Positions 9,556-18,590 of a stretch of DNA of 64,000 nt are shown here, in pieces; the first letter of the stretch is position 1, and every line of letters begins with the position of its first letter. The stretch spans positions 86,818 through 150,817 of IMG/VR virus record IMGVR_UViG_3300027863_000020; one strand, given 5' to 3'. The DNA comes from a virus. The translations under genes were made by a program, and so were the position numbers. Under the pieces are notes generated by a model. The model did no database searches. It was not told the DNA's origin and saw nothing but the letters and a program-made list of their open reading frames with translations.

Positions 9556-9584
9556 AATATACTTCCCAGATTTATGATTGTCAA
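9556..9584 (-). promoter_or_regulatory. sigma70-type promoter TTGACA-17-TATATT with -10 inside an inverted repeat
   Basis: TTGACAATCATAAATCTGGGAAGTATATT; TGGGAAG/CTTCCCA flanks the -10. Confidence 0.7.
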
Positions 9585-9588
9585 TACC

Positions 9589-11889
9589 CTATTTGTACAT
9601 CTTTGGAATTGACGGTTTCATAGGATTCGACTGTTTACCCACCTGTGGTTGCTGTCTGGATTGGGAAGAGGATGAACTGCCACCGCTCTTCCCTATCTTG
9701 TCGGCAATCGCATTGGCGAGGGCGGGAATGAACGATCCCATGAGGAACTTTTCGAGTTCGTCCAATGATTCGGACGGAGCGGACGCATTGGAGGCTCCCC
9801 GAACCTGTTTTCCAGTCGTTGAACCCGTCCCACCATACGCACCAGACCCCGCACCAGTATGGCTTTGTGCGCCCATTGGAGGGGCTTGGTAGCTTCCAGT
9901 GGAACCAGACCCCGCACCAGTACCAACCTTGGGTACGGGGGCTTTGGAGGGGGTAGGAATGGCATTTGCCGTGGATTGGGCAATCGCATCCTGATTCTGC
10001 TTCGCCTTCCTATCCACTTCGGCATTCTGCTTGTTGGTTGCCTTGGCGGTCTCTTGGGCGGGTTTGGTGACATCGACCTTACTTTCCCCCAATTGAGGAA
10101 TCTTCTCGATGTATTCCTTCTTGTACTTGATACGGGCGGTCATCGCCTGTTTCCACATGGCTTGTGCCTGATCCTTCTGATCCTGTGGAATCTTGTCGGC
10201 ATCCCTGTGTTGGGAAAGGATGGTGTGTGTAGCACCCCATTCCGTTTCTTGCATGAAAAGCTGATAGTAGCGATTGACGAACGCCATCATTGACGGAGAT
10301 TTCATTTCCTTCAATCGGTCGGGGGGTACACCATTCCACGCAATCCCCTTGAAGTCCTTGAAATCCTTGTCGGCTTTGTCCAGTGCCTTCTTCTTTTCGG
10401 TCTCCAATGCCCGTTCCAAGTTGCGGGTTCCTTCCCCGAACCAATTGGAAAACAGGTCTCCGATGGTATATTGGGAGGCTAGGTTCTCTCCAAGAAGCCC
10501 ACTTTCGACCAGTGCTGTCCCTGCTATCATTCCTACAACCGCACTGCCTACGACCGCACCCGCTGTTCCAGTAGCCGCACTAGCAACCGCCCGTCCCGCT
10601 GTGAGCGCACCACGGGCAACCGTCCCGCCAATCTTGGAACCGACATTGGCGACTGCCCGTGCTCCACGGGAAAGAGCACCACCAGAGGCTTTAGGGACTT
10701 TGGAAGGTTTCGGCATCTTGGGCTTGGCCTTCGAGACCTTGCCCCGTCCTTTGCCCTTTCCCTTGCCCTTACGACCCTTCTTCTTGTTCTTCTTGTCATC
10801 ACCGTCAAAGTCGAATCCAGAGTCTTCAGACCCGCCAAAACGGGATTCAAAGGACTTCTCAAGCCTATCCGCTAATTTATTGAGATCGGACTTGGCGACA
10901 TCCCGCTTGATGCGCTTCGCTTCCCTAGCTTCGGTCTTCTTTTCCGCTTCCTGATCGGCCTTGGCTTCTTCTGCTTGAGCGTCAATCTGCTTTCTGGATT
11001 TGGCCTTGGCTATGGCTTCGGTCTTCTTTTCCTTGGCCTTTTCGCTCTTCTCTTGGTTCTTTTCCCGCCTTTGTGCCGATTTTTCCGTCACATCGGAGAG
11101 TTTCTTCGACCTTTTCTCTGCCTTTTCATCGGACTTCTTCGCTCTTGAATCGGCTTTCTCATCGGACTTCTTCGCAATTTCCTCTGCTTTCTTGTCCGAT
11201 TTCTTCGCCCTCTCATCCGCTTTCTTTTCGGACTTCGCTACTTCCGTGGGATCGGGCTTGACATACGATGGTTTGGCCTTCGTTGGTTTAGCTCTCTCAC
11301 CCGCAATTTCATCGAATGCAGTACGGACATTCCCGATTGAGTCGAGAATACCTTTCTTGAACTTGTCGAATCCGTCATTCTTGGAGAAATAGCCAGTGGC
11401 CTTCTCCCTGTCGGCAACCAGTTTCTTTTGGGCTTCGGTGTTTGCTTCGAGCACCGCCTTCAATTTGGCGATAGCGTCCTTGTCGCCATCCTCTGTCGCC
11501 TTCTTGAGCATTTCAGTAGCCTTCTTGTGGTCGGCTTTCATCTTGGCTTGCTCTTTCTCAAATTGACGGGTAGCGGATGCGGACTTGGCTCTCCATGACT
11601 TCAGTGCCATCTCGGAGTCACCGATTATTTTCATTGCAGTGGCGACACCACGGACAACCTTGGCGACCTTGCCCGTGTCTTCACCAGACATCTTCTTGGA
11701 GGCGACATCTAGTGCCTTCTTGGACACCCTCTCACCCTTCTCCAATGTCTTGGAAATCTTCTTATTGACGGACAATAGGGCTTCCATAGCCTTTCGGCTC
11801 TTGGTCACTTCCACGCTGTCCTGAATCTCCCGATTCTGTCGCTCTCTTCGAGATACAGGGGTTTCGTCTTGAGGTATTGGTTTAGCCAT
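9589..11889 (-). CDS. tape-measure-like / gp29-like tail protein
   Basis: 766 aa helical Lys/Ala-rich protein with Gly/Ala hydrophobic segment; upstream of tube initiator; late promoter at 11895-11901. Confidence 0.55.
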   Translation of the reverse strand: MAKPIPQDETPVSRRERQNREIQDSVEVTKSRKAMEALLSVNKKISKTLEKGERVSKKALDVASKKMSGEDTGKVAKVVRGVATAMKIIGDSEMALKSWRAKSASATRQFEKEQAKMKADHKKATEMLKKATEDGDKDAIAKLKAVLEANTEAQKKLVADREKATGYFSKNDGFDKFKKGILDSIGNVRTAFDEIAGERAKPTKAKPSYVKPDPTEVAKSEKKADERAKKSDKKAEEIAKKSDEKADSRAKKSDEKAEKRSKKLSDVTEKSAQRREKNQEKSEKAKEKKTEAIAKAKSRKQIDAQAEEAKADQEAEKKTEAREAKRIKRDVAKSDLNKLADRLEKSFESRFGGSEDSGFDFDGDDKKNKKKGRKGKGKGKGRGKVSKAKPKMPKPSKVPKASGGALSRGARAVANVGSKIGGTVARGALTAGRAVASAATGTAGAVVGSAVVGMIAGTALVESGLLGENLASQYTIGDLFSNWFGEGTRNLERALETEKKKALDKADKDFKDFKGIAWNGVPPDRLKEMKSPSMMAFVNRYYQLFMQETEWGATHTILSQHRDADKIPQDQKDQAQAMWKQAMTARIKYKKEYIEKIPQLGESKVDVTKPAQETAKATNKQNAEVDRKAKQNQDAIAQSTANAIPTPSKAPVPKVGTGAGSGSTGSYQAPPMGAQSHTGAGSGAYGGTGSTTGKQVRGASNASAPSESLDELEKFLMGSFIPALANAIADKIGKSGGSSSSSQSRQQPQVGKQSNPMKPSIPKMYK
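11100..11240 (-). repeat. 11-aa periodic repeat (AKKSDEKAxxR) in the TMP-like gene
   Basis: AKSEKKADER AKKSDKKAEEI AKKSDEKADSR AKKSDEKAEKR. Confidence 0.75.
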
Positions 11890-12118
11890 ACTGGTATTTA
11901 GTTATCCACGAATCCCGCCCTTGTATGGACGGGAATGGGTCTTGAAGAAATTGACGATTCTTGACCAGATTGACGGTTTCATGTATGACGGTTCCCACGG
12001 ATAGTTTTGAGCAATGTTCCATTGAGTAGCTTACGCATATCGCTTCGGAAATTGGCCTTCGCTCTATGACAAGACGAACTCATGGGGATAGGAATGTGAA
12101 TGTTCGTTGGCTTGTGTA

Positions 12119-12364
12119 TCACATGATGGGCGTGTCTCCCACCACAATCTCGAACACAATGGAGTTCGCCATCATGGAAACGACCGTGGAAATCGCTTCA
12201 CTGGTCGATGCACCCTTTCGACATTCTTCAACGAAATGCTTTACCATTTTGGTAAAGACTTTCTTTCCTTCTCGATTGACGGATTCCATTCTTTTCTTGG
12301 AATACATACCGATTGGATCGACATTGATCTTCTTCGGGTCGATTGATCGAATGGTGTGATTCAT
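12119..12364 (-). CDS. hypothetical protein
   Basis: ATGA-coupled in early operon. Confidence 0.6.
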   Translation of the reverse strand: MNHTIRSIDPKKINVDPIGMYSKKRMESVNREGKKVFTKMVKHFVEECRKGASTSEAISTVVSMMANSIVFEIVVGDTPIM

Positions 12365-12597
12365 TTTCTACCTCTGATTGAACGAATTGCGAAATAGATG
12401 GATGCGCCCAATGCAGTGAGCCATCCGCAAAGGACGAAGAAGAACAGAACCAAGTGCTCGAACTCCAAAACAGAAATGACCACGAATACCGATAGTATCA
12501 TGGTCATCACCCACATGGGAATGGGTCTATTGTTTTCTCGATTGAGCCGAATCATCCGATTGATTCTAGCCACCTCTTCTTGACTTACCATATCCAT
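12361..12597 (-). CDS. small membrane protein (2 TM)
   Basis: Two hydrophobic segments; AAGGAG RBS; promoter at 12620-12648. Confidence 0.7.
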   Translation of the reverse strand: MDMVSQEEVARINRMIRLNRENNRPIPMWVMTMILSVFVVISVLEFEHLVLFFFVLCGWLTALGASIYFAIRSIRGRK

Positions 12598-12619
12598 AGT
12601 TATCTCCTTTTATATCAAG

Positions 12620-12648
12620 AATATAAACTATGTATCTTGTATAGTCAA
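12620..12648 (-). promoter_or_regulatory. early-type promoter with ACAAGATACA box
   Basis: TTGACT-ATACAAGATACATAGTT-TATATT. Confidence 0.85.
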
Positions 12649-12824
12649 GGGGTATGAATCAGATTTTTTGATTCCTTTTTGTCCTGTTCGGGGATGAGAA
12701 CGAAATGGAGGCGATAATCGACAACCAACATGGCAACGATTAAGAATACCAAGAACCCCATAATGAGTATTTCGACAACCGAAACCTTCATATCACGGAA
12801 TCCGTCTTTAGACCGTCTAGCCAT
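12645..12824 (-). CDS. small single-TM protein
   Basis: AGGAG RBS; hydrophobic segment. Confidence 0.6.
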   Translation of the reverse strand: MARRSKDGFRDMKVSVVEILIMGFLVFLIVAMLVVDYRLHFVLIPEQDKKESKNLIHTP

Positions 12825-13248
12825 TTGAACAGTTCTCCTTGATGTAATTGACAAGAGAATCGTCAATCACTGGTTCTTTTACCGAAGTAGCATTGAACAT
12901 ATAACCAAGCGATTCCCGTGCTTTGTAAAGCACATCTATATGATGTCCCTTGAGAATTTCCAACGCATCCTTGATGTCTTTTGGGTAGCATAGGATTTCG
13001 GAGGTTATGTTGTCGAATCTGGTTGCCGTCTGCGTCACAACCATCACTTTGGATAATTCCTTGTGATGCGTCCTTGGGAGCAACTGAAACCCGCCCGATT
13101 GAGCGACCGCCCACAACTGCTTGATGTCGATGTTCCATCCATTGACTAGGCTATTGGCGGTCAATCGAATGAGTCGAGTCCGCTTGACACGATCACCACG
13201 GGTAGATGGTAAACGAAACACATTCGTATTATCGGCTGTATTCAACAT
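12817..13248 (-). CDS. hypothetical protein
   Basis: GAGGA RBS before MLNTAD; tiles with neighbours. Confidence 0.6.
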   Translation of the reverse strand: MLNTADNTNVFRLPSTRGDRVKRTRLIRLTANSLVNGWNIDIKQLWAVAQSGGFQLLPRTHHKELSKVMVVTQTATRFDNITSEILCYPKDIKDALEILKGHHIDVLYKARESLGYMFNATSVKEPVIDDSLVNYIKENCSNG

Positions 13249-13484
13249 GGCTTCCTCTTCACAGAAAAGCGAACGATTCCAGTGAATACCCCAAGTGCTA
13301 CTTTGAACAGTAGCTTGAAGATTCTCCACCGACCGACCAGACGGATTCGGATGTCCACCTTTTCACAGAATGGTGCAGATGCTCCCTTATGCGGAGTAGA
13401 TTCTACGGTCTTCACCGTATGCTCCATATCATTGAGCATATCCCGCATTGACTGAAAGATTGATTCGGAATTGGTGTCCATCAA
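13242..13484 (-). CDS. hypothetical protein
   Basis: Overlap-coupled ORF. Confidence 0.5.
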   Translation of the reverse strand: MMDTNSESIFQSMRDMLNDMEHTVKTVESTPHKGASAPFCEKVDIRIRLVGRWRIFKLLFKVALGVFTGIVRFSVKRKPC

Positions 13485-13690
13485 TAATCCCCGTCCAATA
13501 CAACGATTGAGTGCGGGTTGCTTTGATCGACCTCAATCATGTCAATCTCTTGGGCATCACCATCCAGTCCAAGCGATACAAGATTCTGATTCAGAATCTC
13601 GGATGCGGTCTTTCGATCTTCTGCAACTACGATTGCACAAGTGCCGATTGGATAATGTCCAGTGAATTCGGAATTGTAAAATACCTTCAT
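13481..13690 (-). CDS. small hypothetical phage protein
   Basis: ATGA-coupled; FTGHYPIG..AIVVAE. Confidence 0.65.
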   Translation of the reverse strand: MKVFYNSEFTGHYPIGTCAIVVAEDRKTASEILNQNLVSLGLDGDAQEIDMIEVDQSNPHSIVVLDGDY

Positions 13691-14178
13691 TCTGGATTCC
13701 CCGCTGATTTTTCATCAACCCGTCTCGAATCTGCTTCCGAATTGAACCGTTCGATCAATTGATCCATCGGGTGTGTAGAAGCAAGCTCTTCGTCAATCGC
13801 TTCGTCAATCGTGGCAAGTTCCCGTGCGAACTTCATTTGAAGTTCGTAACGGATTGCCCGAAGAGCGTCAATCCGCTTCGAGAACAGGGTTCGGCTTCCT
13901 TGGCTCATGGAAATACTGGTTTTACTTTTCACCAAGTCATTGAGGCACTTCACAAAGTCTTTGTCCCGACTGATCCAAGTAGCGGTGTGTGCATGGGGTG
14001 TGGTGAGTCCGATACGAACTTCCGAATTGTGGTAGTTCGGTTCGTAGCCAACCCGCATTTCACACGGCTCCCCATACTTGGGAGGAAGGACATCGGGTAG
14101 CGCATTCAGTTCCATGCGAAGGGCTGTACGAATCCGCAAGTCCTTCACCATTTGCTTCTCTGCTTTGTTCATTGCCAT
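13687..14178 (-). CDS. hypothetical protein
   Basis: Tiles with neighbours. Confidence 0.65.
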   Translation of the reverse strand: MAMNKAEKQMVKDLRIRTALRMELNALPDVLPPKYGEPCEMRVGYEPNYHNSEVRIGLTTPHAHTATWISRDKDFVKCLNDLVKSKTSISMSQGSRTLFSKRIDALRAIRYELQMKFARELATIDEAIDEELASTHPMDQLIERFNSEADSRRVDEKSAGNPE

Positions 14179-14179
14179 A

Positions 14180-14443
14180 TTACTTCTCGCTCACGAATGC
14201 GTATCCACCACGCTTTCCATTGAACCGCTTGGGGTCTGCCTTGGTGGTACGCCCTGCGTGTTCAATGATGACCTTTCCAGTGATAGGGTCTTTCCCGATC
14301 ACTTTTACCTTGCGCTCGAACCGTGGGTCAGCTTCCTTCCAGACGGAACCGATGGTGGGATGATGGGGGTACTTTTCAGCTTTGGCTCTCATAACCATTT
14401 CCTTTGAATGTGATGCTTCTTTTGAAACTTGTTTCTTGCTCAT
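14180..14443 (-). CDS. small basic hypothetical protein
   Basis: GAGG RBS; tiling. Confidence 0.65.
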   Translation of the reverse strand: MSKKQVSKEASHSKEMVMRAKAEKYPHHPTIGSVWKEADPRFERKVKVIGKDPITGKVIIEHAGRTTKADPKRFNGKRGGYAFVSEK

Positions 14444-14458
14444 TGTTGGCCTCGTTCC

Positions 14459-14674
14459 TTACATACTGTTCACTTTATCTCGCAGTGCGATTACTTCATC
14501 CCGACTCATTCTCACATATTTCCCATCCACAAGGGTTTGGGTAATTGTGCGACACACATCACCCCTATGCGAATAGTCCGATAGCGTTCCACATTCATAC
14601 ATTGTCGGGTGATGAACTGGATTTTTTCTTACGGGAGAAGCACAAAATTTACAATCGACATCATATTCATCCAT
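14459..14674 (-). CDS. small Cys-containing hypothetical protein
   Basis: CxxC...C...C; GAGG RBS. Confidence 0.55.
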   Translation of the reverse strand: MDEYDVDCKFCASPVRKNPVHHPTMYECGTLSDYSHRGDVCRTITQTLVDGKYVRMSRDEVIALRDKVNSM

Positions 14675-15350
14675 TGTTGGCCTCAACTTCTGTCTGGACA
14701 CGCTTCACCATCTCGCAGAATGCGCTATGGACTACACGGACATAGTACACCACAGACCGTTGGACAATGATGTCATCGGAAGAGCATTTTCTTGGAAGAT
14801 TGCCGAAGGCATATTGTATATACTCTTCTTCGCCATCTTCCGCAACCTTGAGACATTCCAGATAATAGCGATACAGTTCTTCATCACGGTCGGGGAGTTC
14901 CGCAATGACTTCATCGGCTACATTGGAGTAGTCGAATAGCTCAATCGGAACAAGGTCATCCGCTCCATCACACACTGTCGGAATCTGCCCGTTCTCTTCC
15001 AAGATACGGTACAGGGTTTCAATGATTTCCTGTTTGGTCGATTCGACACAAAACTCATGGGTCTTGTGCTCTCCACCCAAGCGAAGTTTCTCACAGAAGT
15101 ATTGGAGACAAATGCTGTCATCCGTCCTTGGGTCGAAATAACGGGAGGCGATCCAGTTTCCATAATCACCAGAAATCAGGCATAGCCCGTCAATGTTGCG
15201 GAAATGGACGGAGTGCATACGCTGTCCATTGACTGCCAATGACCACTTATTACCAAGTTTGGGGTCATCATTGACAATGAAAGTGAGTTGGTGGTTAGCC
15301 CACGATTTGCCATATTTTTCAAATTCTTTTTCAGTCATAGCGATTACCAT
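14667..15350 (-). CDS. hypothetical protein
   Basis: LISGDYGNWI..QYFCEKL, a pattern seen in phage hypotheticals. Confidence 0.65.
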   Translation of the reverse strand: MVIAMTEKEFEKYGKSWANHQLTFIVNDDPKLGNKWSLAVNGQRMHSVHFRNIDGLCLISGDYGNWIASRYFDPRTDDSICLQYFCEKLRLGGEHKTHEFCVESTKQEIIETLYRILEENGQIPTVCDGADDLVPIELFDYSNVADEVIAELPDRDEELYRYYLECLKVAEDGEEEYIQYAFGNLPRKCSSDDIIVQRSVVYYVRVVHSAFCEMVKRVQTEVEANNG

Positions 15351-15841
15351 TGTGCGGTGGAGCGTAGCACCACTGGTTTATGAATAGCCACATAGAGTTC
15401 GACTTCGGACACAACCATATCCCAAGTCTCATACCGTCCTACTCCATACTGGAAATGGACTCCCCCGAATTCACCCGCCCCATTTGCGGTTCTGTCATCA
15501 ATCAGGATATTCCCCTTGACCAGTTCCTTGTGGTGAGTGAGTGTCAATCGCTTGTACATATTGGGAAGGTACTGCTTGACCCAATTCAGCTTATCGACCC
15601 AAGCCGAAGGATTTTCCCAAGGTGCGGTGGAGCAGATATAGACATCGCATTCTGGAATCGCATAAATCTGATTGACGGCCTCAATCGCTCCATCAATCGG
15701 CTTCATCCTTGCGAAGATGCCTTCCACTTCATCATAGCGACCCGCATAGACCTTCTTCTGGTATTCGGCAAGGGAGTCGATGCCCGACTGGAAATCCACA
15801 ATGGTATTGTCCAAGTCGATTTGAATGATAATCTTGTTCAC
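15344..15841 (-). CDS. 5'(3')-deoxyribonucleotidase (NT5C, HAD family)
   Basis: IDLDNTIVDF, STAPWENPSAW.DK..W, LTHHK.L..GNILIDD. Confidence 0.9.
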   Translation of the reverse strand: MNKIIIQIDLDNTIVDFQSGIDSLAEYQKKVYAGRYDEVEGIFARMKPIDGAIEAVNQIYAIPECDVYICSTAPWENPSAWVDKLNWVKQYLPNMYKRLTLTHHKELVKGNILIDDRTANGAGEFGGVHFQYGVGRYETWDMVVSEVELYVAIHKPVVLRSTAQW

Positions 15842-15875
15842 TTTCAACCTCAATTGATCTTGTCCTTACACATAC

Positions 15876-15904
15876 AATATATTCATTGTATCTTGTAAAG
15901 TCAA
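15876..15904 (-). promoter_or_regulatory. early-type promoter with ACAAGATACA box
   Basis: TTGACT-TTACAAGATACAATGAA-TATATT. Confidence 0.85.
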
Positions 15905-15910
15905 GGTATT

Positions 15911-16306
15911 TTATCTCCAAAGTATGATTTCCCGTGGGTATTTCTCCCACCGTTCTTTCATCTTGGTCATCACCTCTTCGGGGACATTGTGGACTGATCC
16001 GAAACTCGCATTGCAATGGATGACTTCCACGAAATGTCCCGTCAATCTCGCAAAGTCGATATAGGGTTCCATTTCGGCAATGCGGGTGAAGGTATTAGAC
16101 ACAACGACATCGTTCCCCTTTTCCATGACATCGAACGCCAACTTCTTACAGAGTTCGTGGGCTTGAGGAACCCGATCTGCATGGAAGTTGTAGTTTCCGT
16201 CCCAGATATGGAACATATCGGCTTCGACATGGAAGCATTCCTTGGTCTTCGCAAGAGTGGATTTTCCAGAACCGGGAAGTCCACGGATGATTGTCAATTT
16301 AGGCAT
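15911..16306 (-). CDS. AAA_33 P-loop kinase (polynucleotide-kinase-like)
   Basis: IIRGLPGSGKST, EADMF, VVVSNTF, SVHNVP. Confidence 0.9.
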   Translation of the reverse strand: MPKLTIIRGLPGSGKSTLAKTKECFHVEADMFHIWDGNYNFHADRVPQAHELCKKLAFDVMEKGNDVVVSNTFTRIAEMEPYIDFARLTGHFVEVIHCNASFGSVHNVPEEVMTKMKERWEKYPREIILWR

Positions 16307-16547
16307 GGGTTTCTCCTTTTAGTCGTTCTACAAGATTGATGATTTCGTTCTTTCTGGACTCATCCATCCAGACAATATCTTCCATTCGATAACACCCACG
16401 ATGTATCAATACCGCCAATTCCATAGGGGTGTGGATAATTGTTGATGGTGATAGATTTCCTTTGGTTTGCTTTTCTAGCATACCTCGCAACCATCTCATA
16501 TCGGATACCGTTTGCTTGGCTGTTTTGATTCCCCACACAATAGGCAT
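16299..16547 (-). CDS. hypothetical protein
   Basis: Tiling with neighbours. Confidence 0.55.
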   Translation of the reverse strand: MPIVWGIKTAKQTVSDMRWLRGMLEKQTKGNLSPSTIIHTPMELAVLIHRGCYRMEDIVWMDESRKNEIINLVERLKGETHA

Positions 16548-16550
16548 GAT

Positions 16551-16865
16551 TCACCCCATAGGTGTATATTTGGTCGTTGTGATTGGACATTGCTGATTGA
16601 CATGATCCCAGAACTTTCCCGCAACATGGGTCTGGAATCCACACGCACATTCAAAAGTTTGGTCGAATTCTGTCAGGTTGGACGGGATGGCCTGTACCCG
16701 TGGGAGAATACCCTTTCCAGTCGTTCTCGTAGGCAATCCAGTCCGAATTCCAGAGTCGGCTCCATTCTTATTAGCCCACTCCCGAAAGTCCTTATTGACG
16801 GCCTCAATGAAGGATTGACGGGTCTTGGTGAGGGCATCCATGACGAATGTGGTTGGAAGTGTCAT
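16551..16865 (-). CDS. hypothetical protein with possible Zn finger
   Basis: CxC...H...C near the C-terminus; GAGG-like RBS. Confidence 0.5.
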   Translation of the reverse strand: MTLPTTFVMDALTKTRQSFIEAVNKDFREWANKNGADSGIRTGLPTRTTGKGILPRVQAIPSNLTEFDQTFECACGFQTHVAGKFWDHVNQQCPITTTKYTPMG

Positions 16866-17101
16866 GCAATCCCCACTTCGTAGCCGAAATTGCTAGGGGT
16901 GAGCATCATGGTCTTCCAAAGGCGACCCGCTCGTTTGGCAAGGCTATTGAACAAGCACCGCTTTCTCCAAGCATCACGCACGATGATCGAACGGGAACGC
17001 CCGTCCAGTTTATGCGAATCTTTCAGCGCATTGTAGAGACCAGTTCCGATCTTGCATTCAAGTTTTGTAGTCATTTGGTCTCCACTGGTTCTTCTTTGCA
17101 T
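16862..17101 (-). CDS. hypothetical protein
   Basis: Tiling; start uncertain. Confidence 0.45.
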   Translation of the reverse strand: MQRRTSGDQMTTKLECKIGTGLYNALKDSHKLDGRSRSIIVRDAWRKRCLFNSLAKRAGRLWKTMMLTPSNFGYEVGIA

Positions 17102-17301
17102 TCGTACAAAGGACGGATTTCGTAGCTTCGTGCTCCATTATGGATTTGAGCATTATACATAACCTTCGCTTGAACCTTGTTGGTATGAACGCTTCGCACG
17201 GAACCATGTTCAAAATTGACAATGAGAAGGAAAGCGGTCGGGTTCTTCGATGTCGCAACCATCCTAGTCGGGTTAGGATTTGCGGGAAGCCCCCAAATCA
17301 T
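17071..17301 (-). CDS. hypothetical protein
   Basis: ATGA-coupled; GGAG RBS. Confidence 0.55.
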   Translation of the reverse strand: MIWGLPANPNPTRMVATSKNPTAFLLIVNFEHGSVRSVHTNKVQAKVMYNAQIHNGARSYEIRPLYECKEEPVETK

Positions 17302-17444
17302 TTCTTTCTCCCGTAGTTGTCACAGGCAAGCATGGCTTCATCAAGGGTTCGCTTGATCCCAAGATTGAATGCCGATTGAGCCATAGCCAAATAATGTCCT
17401 TGTGCAGTACGGAGAATGTAATGGTTCTTATAGTGGATTTTCAT
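17298..17444 (-). CDS. small hypothetical protein (48 aa)
   Basis: GGAG RBS before MKIHYK. Confidence 0.5.
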   Translation of the reverse strand: MKIHYKNHYILRTAQGHYLAMAQSAFNLGIKRTLDEAMLACDNYGRKK

Positions 17445-17727
17445 TTTGTTCTCCAATGTTTCCAAGTTCTTTATGGGCTTGTTGGTGTTCCCACCATTCC
17501 ACCATATCCCCCATTTGGTCACAGATCATCTTCTCTTGGTGGTCGAAGGATTCCTGAAGTTTTACACGCTTCTTGAGGCACTTCTTACAGGTGACATGAT
17601 CCCAATTTCCAGAACCATCGTAGTTCTCGGAACTCCCCCTAGTACCACACGGGGCGAATTCGGGGGAATCCCATTCGGGGTCATCCTTATGGGCATGGAA
17701 GTATGGGTCGAAATGAGTCTTCGCCAT
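17428..17727 (-). CDS. hypothetical protein with Zn-binding motif
   Basis: H...CG...VTCKKC. Confidence 0.6.
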   Translation of the reverse strand: MAKTHFDPYFHAHKDDPEWDSPEFAPCGTRGSSENYDGSGNWDHVTCKKCLKKRVKLQESFDHQEKMICDQMGDMVEWWEHQQAHKELGNIGEQNENPL

Positions 17728-17728
17728 A

Positions 17729-17929
17729 TTATCCACCCAAGGAAATACAAAGTTCCTCTGCGCTGTCCACATGGAACCGTGGACTATCGTGGATTGGCTT
17801 TCCGTCCTTCAGAACACTCATTCCAAGGAACCGACCATCGGGAGCTTCGTTGCGAATGACTTGGAAGCCAAGACGCTCAAGCCTTTGCTTGATGGTCAAT
17901 TCTTCGACATTGACTTGTGGAATGTTCAT
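17729..17929 (-). CDS. hypothetical protein, first gene of early operon
   Basis: GAGGA RBS; promoter at 17965-17993. Confidence 0.65.
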   Translation of the reverse strand: MNIPQVNVEELTIKQRLERLGFQVIRNEAPDGRFLGMSVLKDGKPIHDSPRFHVDSAEELCISLGG

Positions 17930-17964
17930 AGTATCCTCAATTGATCGTTTAATCTCACATTCCC

Positions 17965-17993
17965 AATATATACTATGTATCTTGTATAATCAA
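17965..17993 (-). promoter_or_regulatory. early-type promoter with ACAAGATACA box
   Basis: TTGATT-ATACAAGATACATAGTA-TATATT. Confidence 0.8.
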
Positions 17994-18379
17994 GTGGTAT
18001 TTATGTCAATTAGGATAATTTCTTCACGATCTGCCAATTTCGGCTCCACATAGGCATCATAATCCCATTTCAGTTCCTTGAACATCATCCTGAAAAGGAA
18101 TTCGCCATTGGGGGTATCTTCGATTATTGGTAATTGGGCAAGGCATTGACGGAACATATTGTCCGTCAATTGATATTCGACTCCATCAATCTGGAAATAC
18201 CCCGCCCTCTTGACGAAGTTTCGCCAAGATGCGTCAATTTCCTTGCATAGACGGACGGGGGATTGTTCGACTGGAAGCCTCTGCGAAAACCACACAAGCA
18301 TTTCCACCAAATAATTTCGAGCAACATCAAATGACGGATTCGCACGAAATTCCGTCAATACCGTGTAGAAAGTTCTCAT
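17990..18379 (-). CDS. hypothetical protein
   Basis: ATGA-coupled ORF. Confidence 0.6.
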   Translation of the reverse strand: MRTFYTVLTEFRANPSFDVARNYLVEMLVWFSQRLPVEQSPVRLCKEIDASWRNFVKRAGYFQIDGVEYQLTDNMFRQCLAQLPIIEDTPNGEFLFRMMFKELKWDYDAYVEPKLADREEIILIDINTT

Positions 18380-18590
18380 TGTCCCTTCAATCTGTTCGCA
18401 AACGACAACATGGTTCCTAGTAGATTCTGTCCCTTTGTTTGTGGCTTGGACTGCTTCTCATCAAGCATCTCAAGCATTATCTGGACATCGGTGAAGAGGC
18501 GGTCTTGGATGTCGGGAATACCCACTTCCTTGGCAATCCGCATCTCCCACGCAATCAATGTCCGATAATCAAACTGTTGGAAAAAAAAAG
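18376..18590 (-). CDS. gp51-like baseplate hub assembly chaperone frame (possibly reached by frameshift)
   Basis: Small helical ORF overlapping the gp26 end, with no well-spaced RBS. Confidence 0.45.

Noticed and set aside
9841-9922. 19-bp direct repeat ACCAGACCCCGCACCAGTA
   Set aside because: Encodes a duplicated TGAGSG linker inside the TMP-like gene
11900-12120. Apparent intergenic gap, possible ncRNA
   Set aside because: Can be tiled by small coupled ORFs (about 47 and 26 aa); no clear structure or promoter; left unannotated
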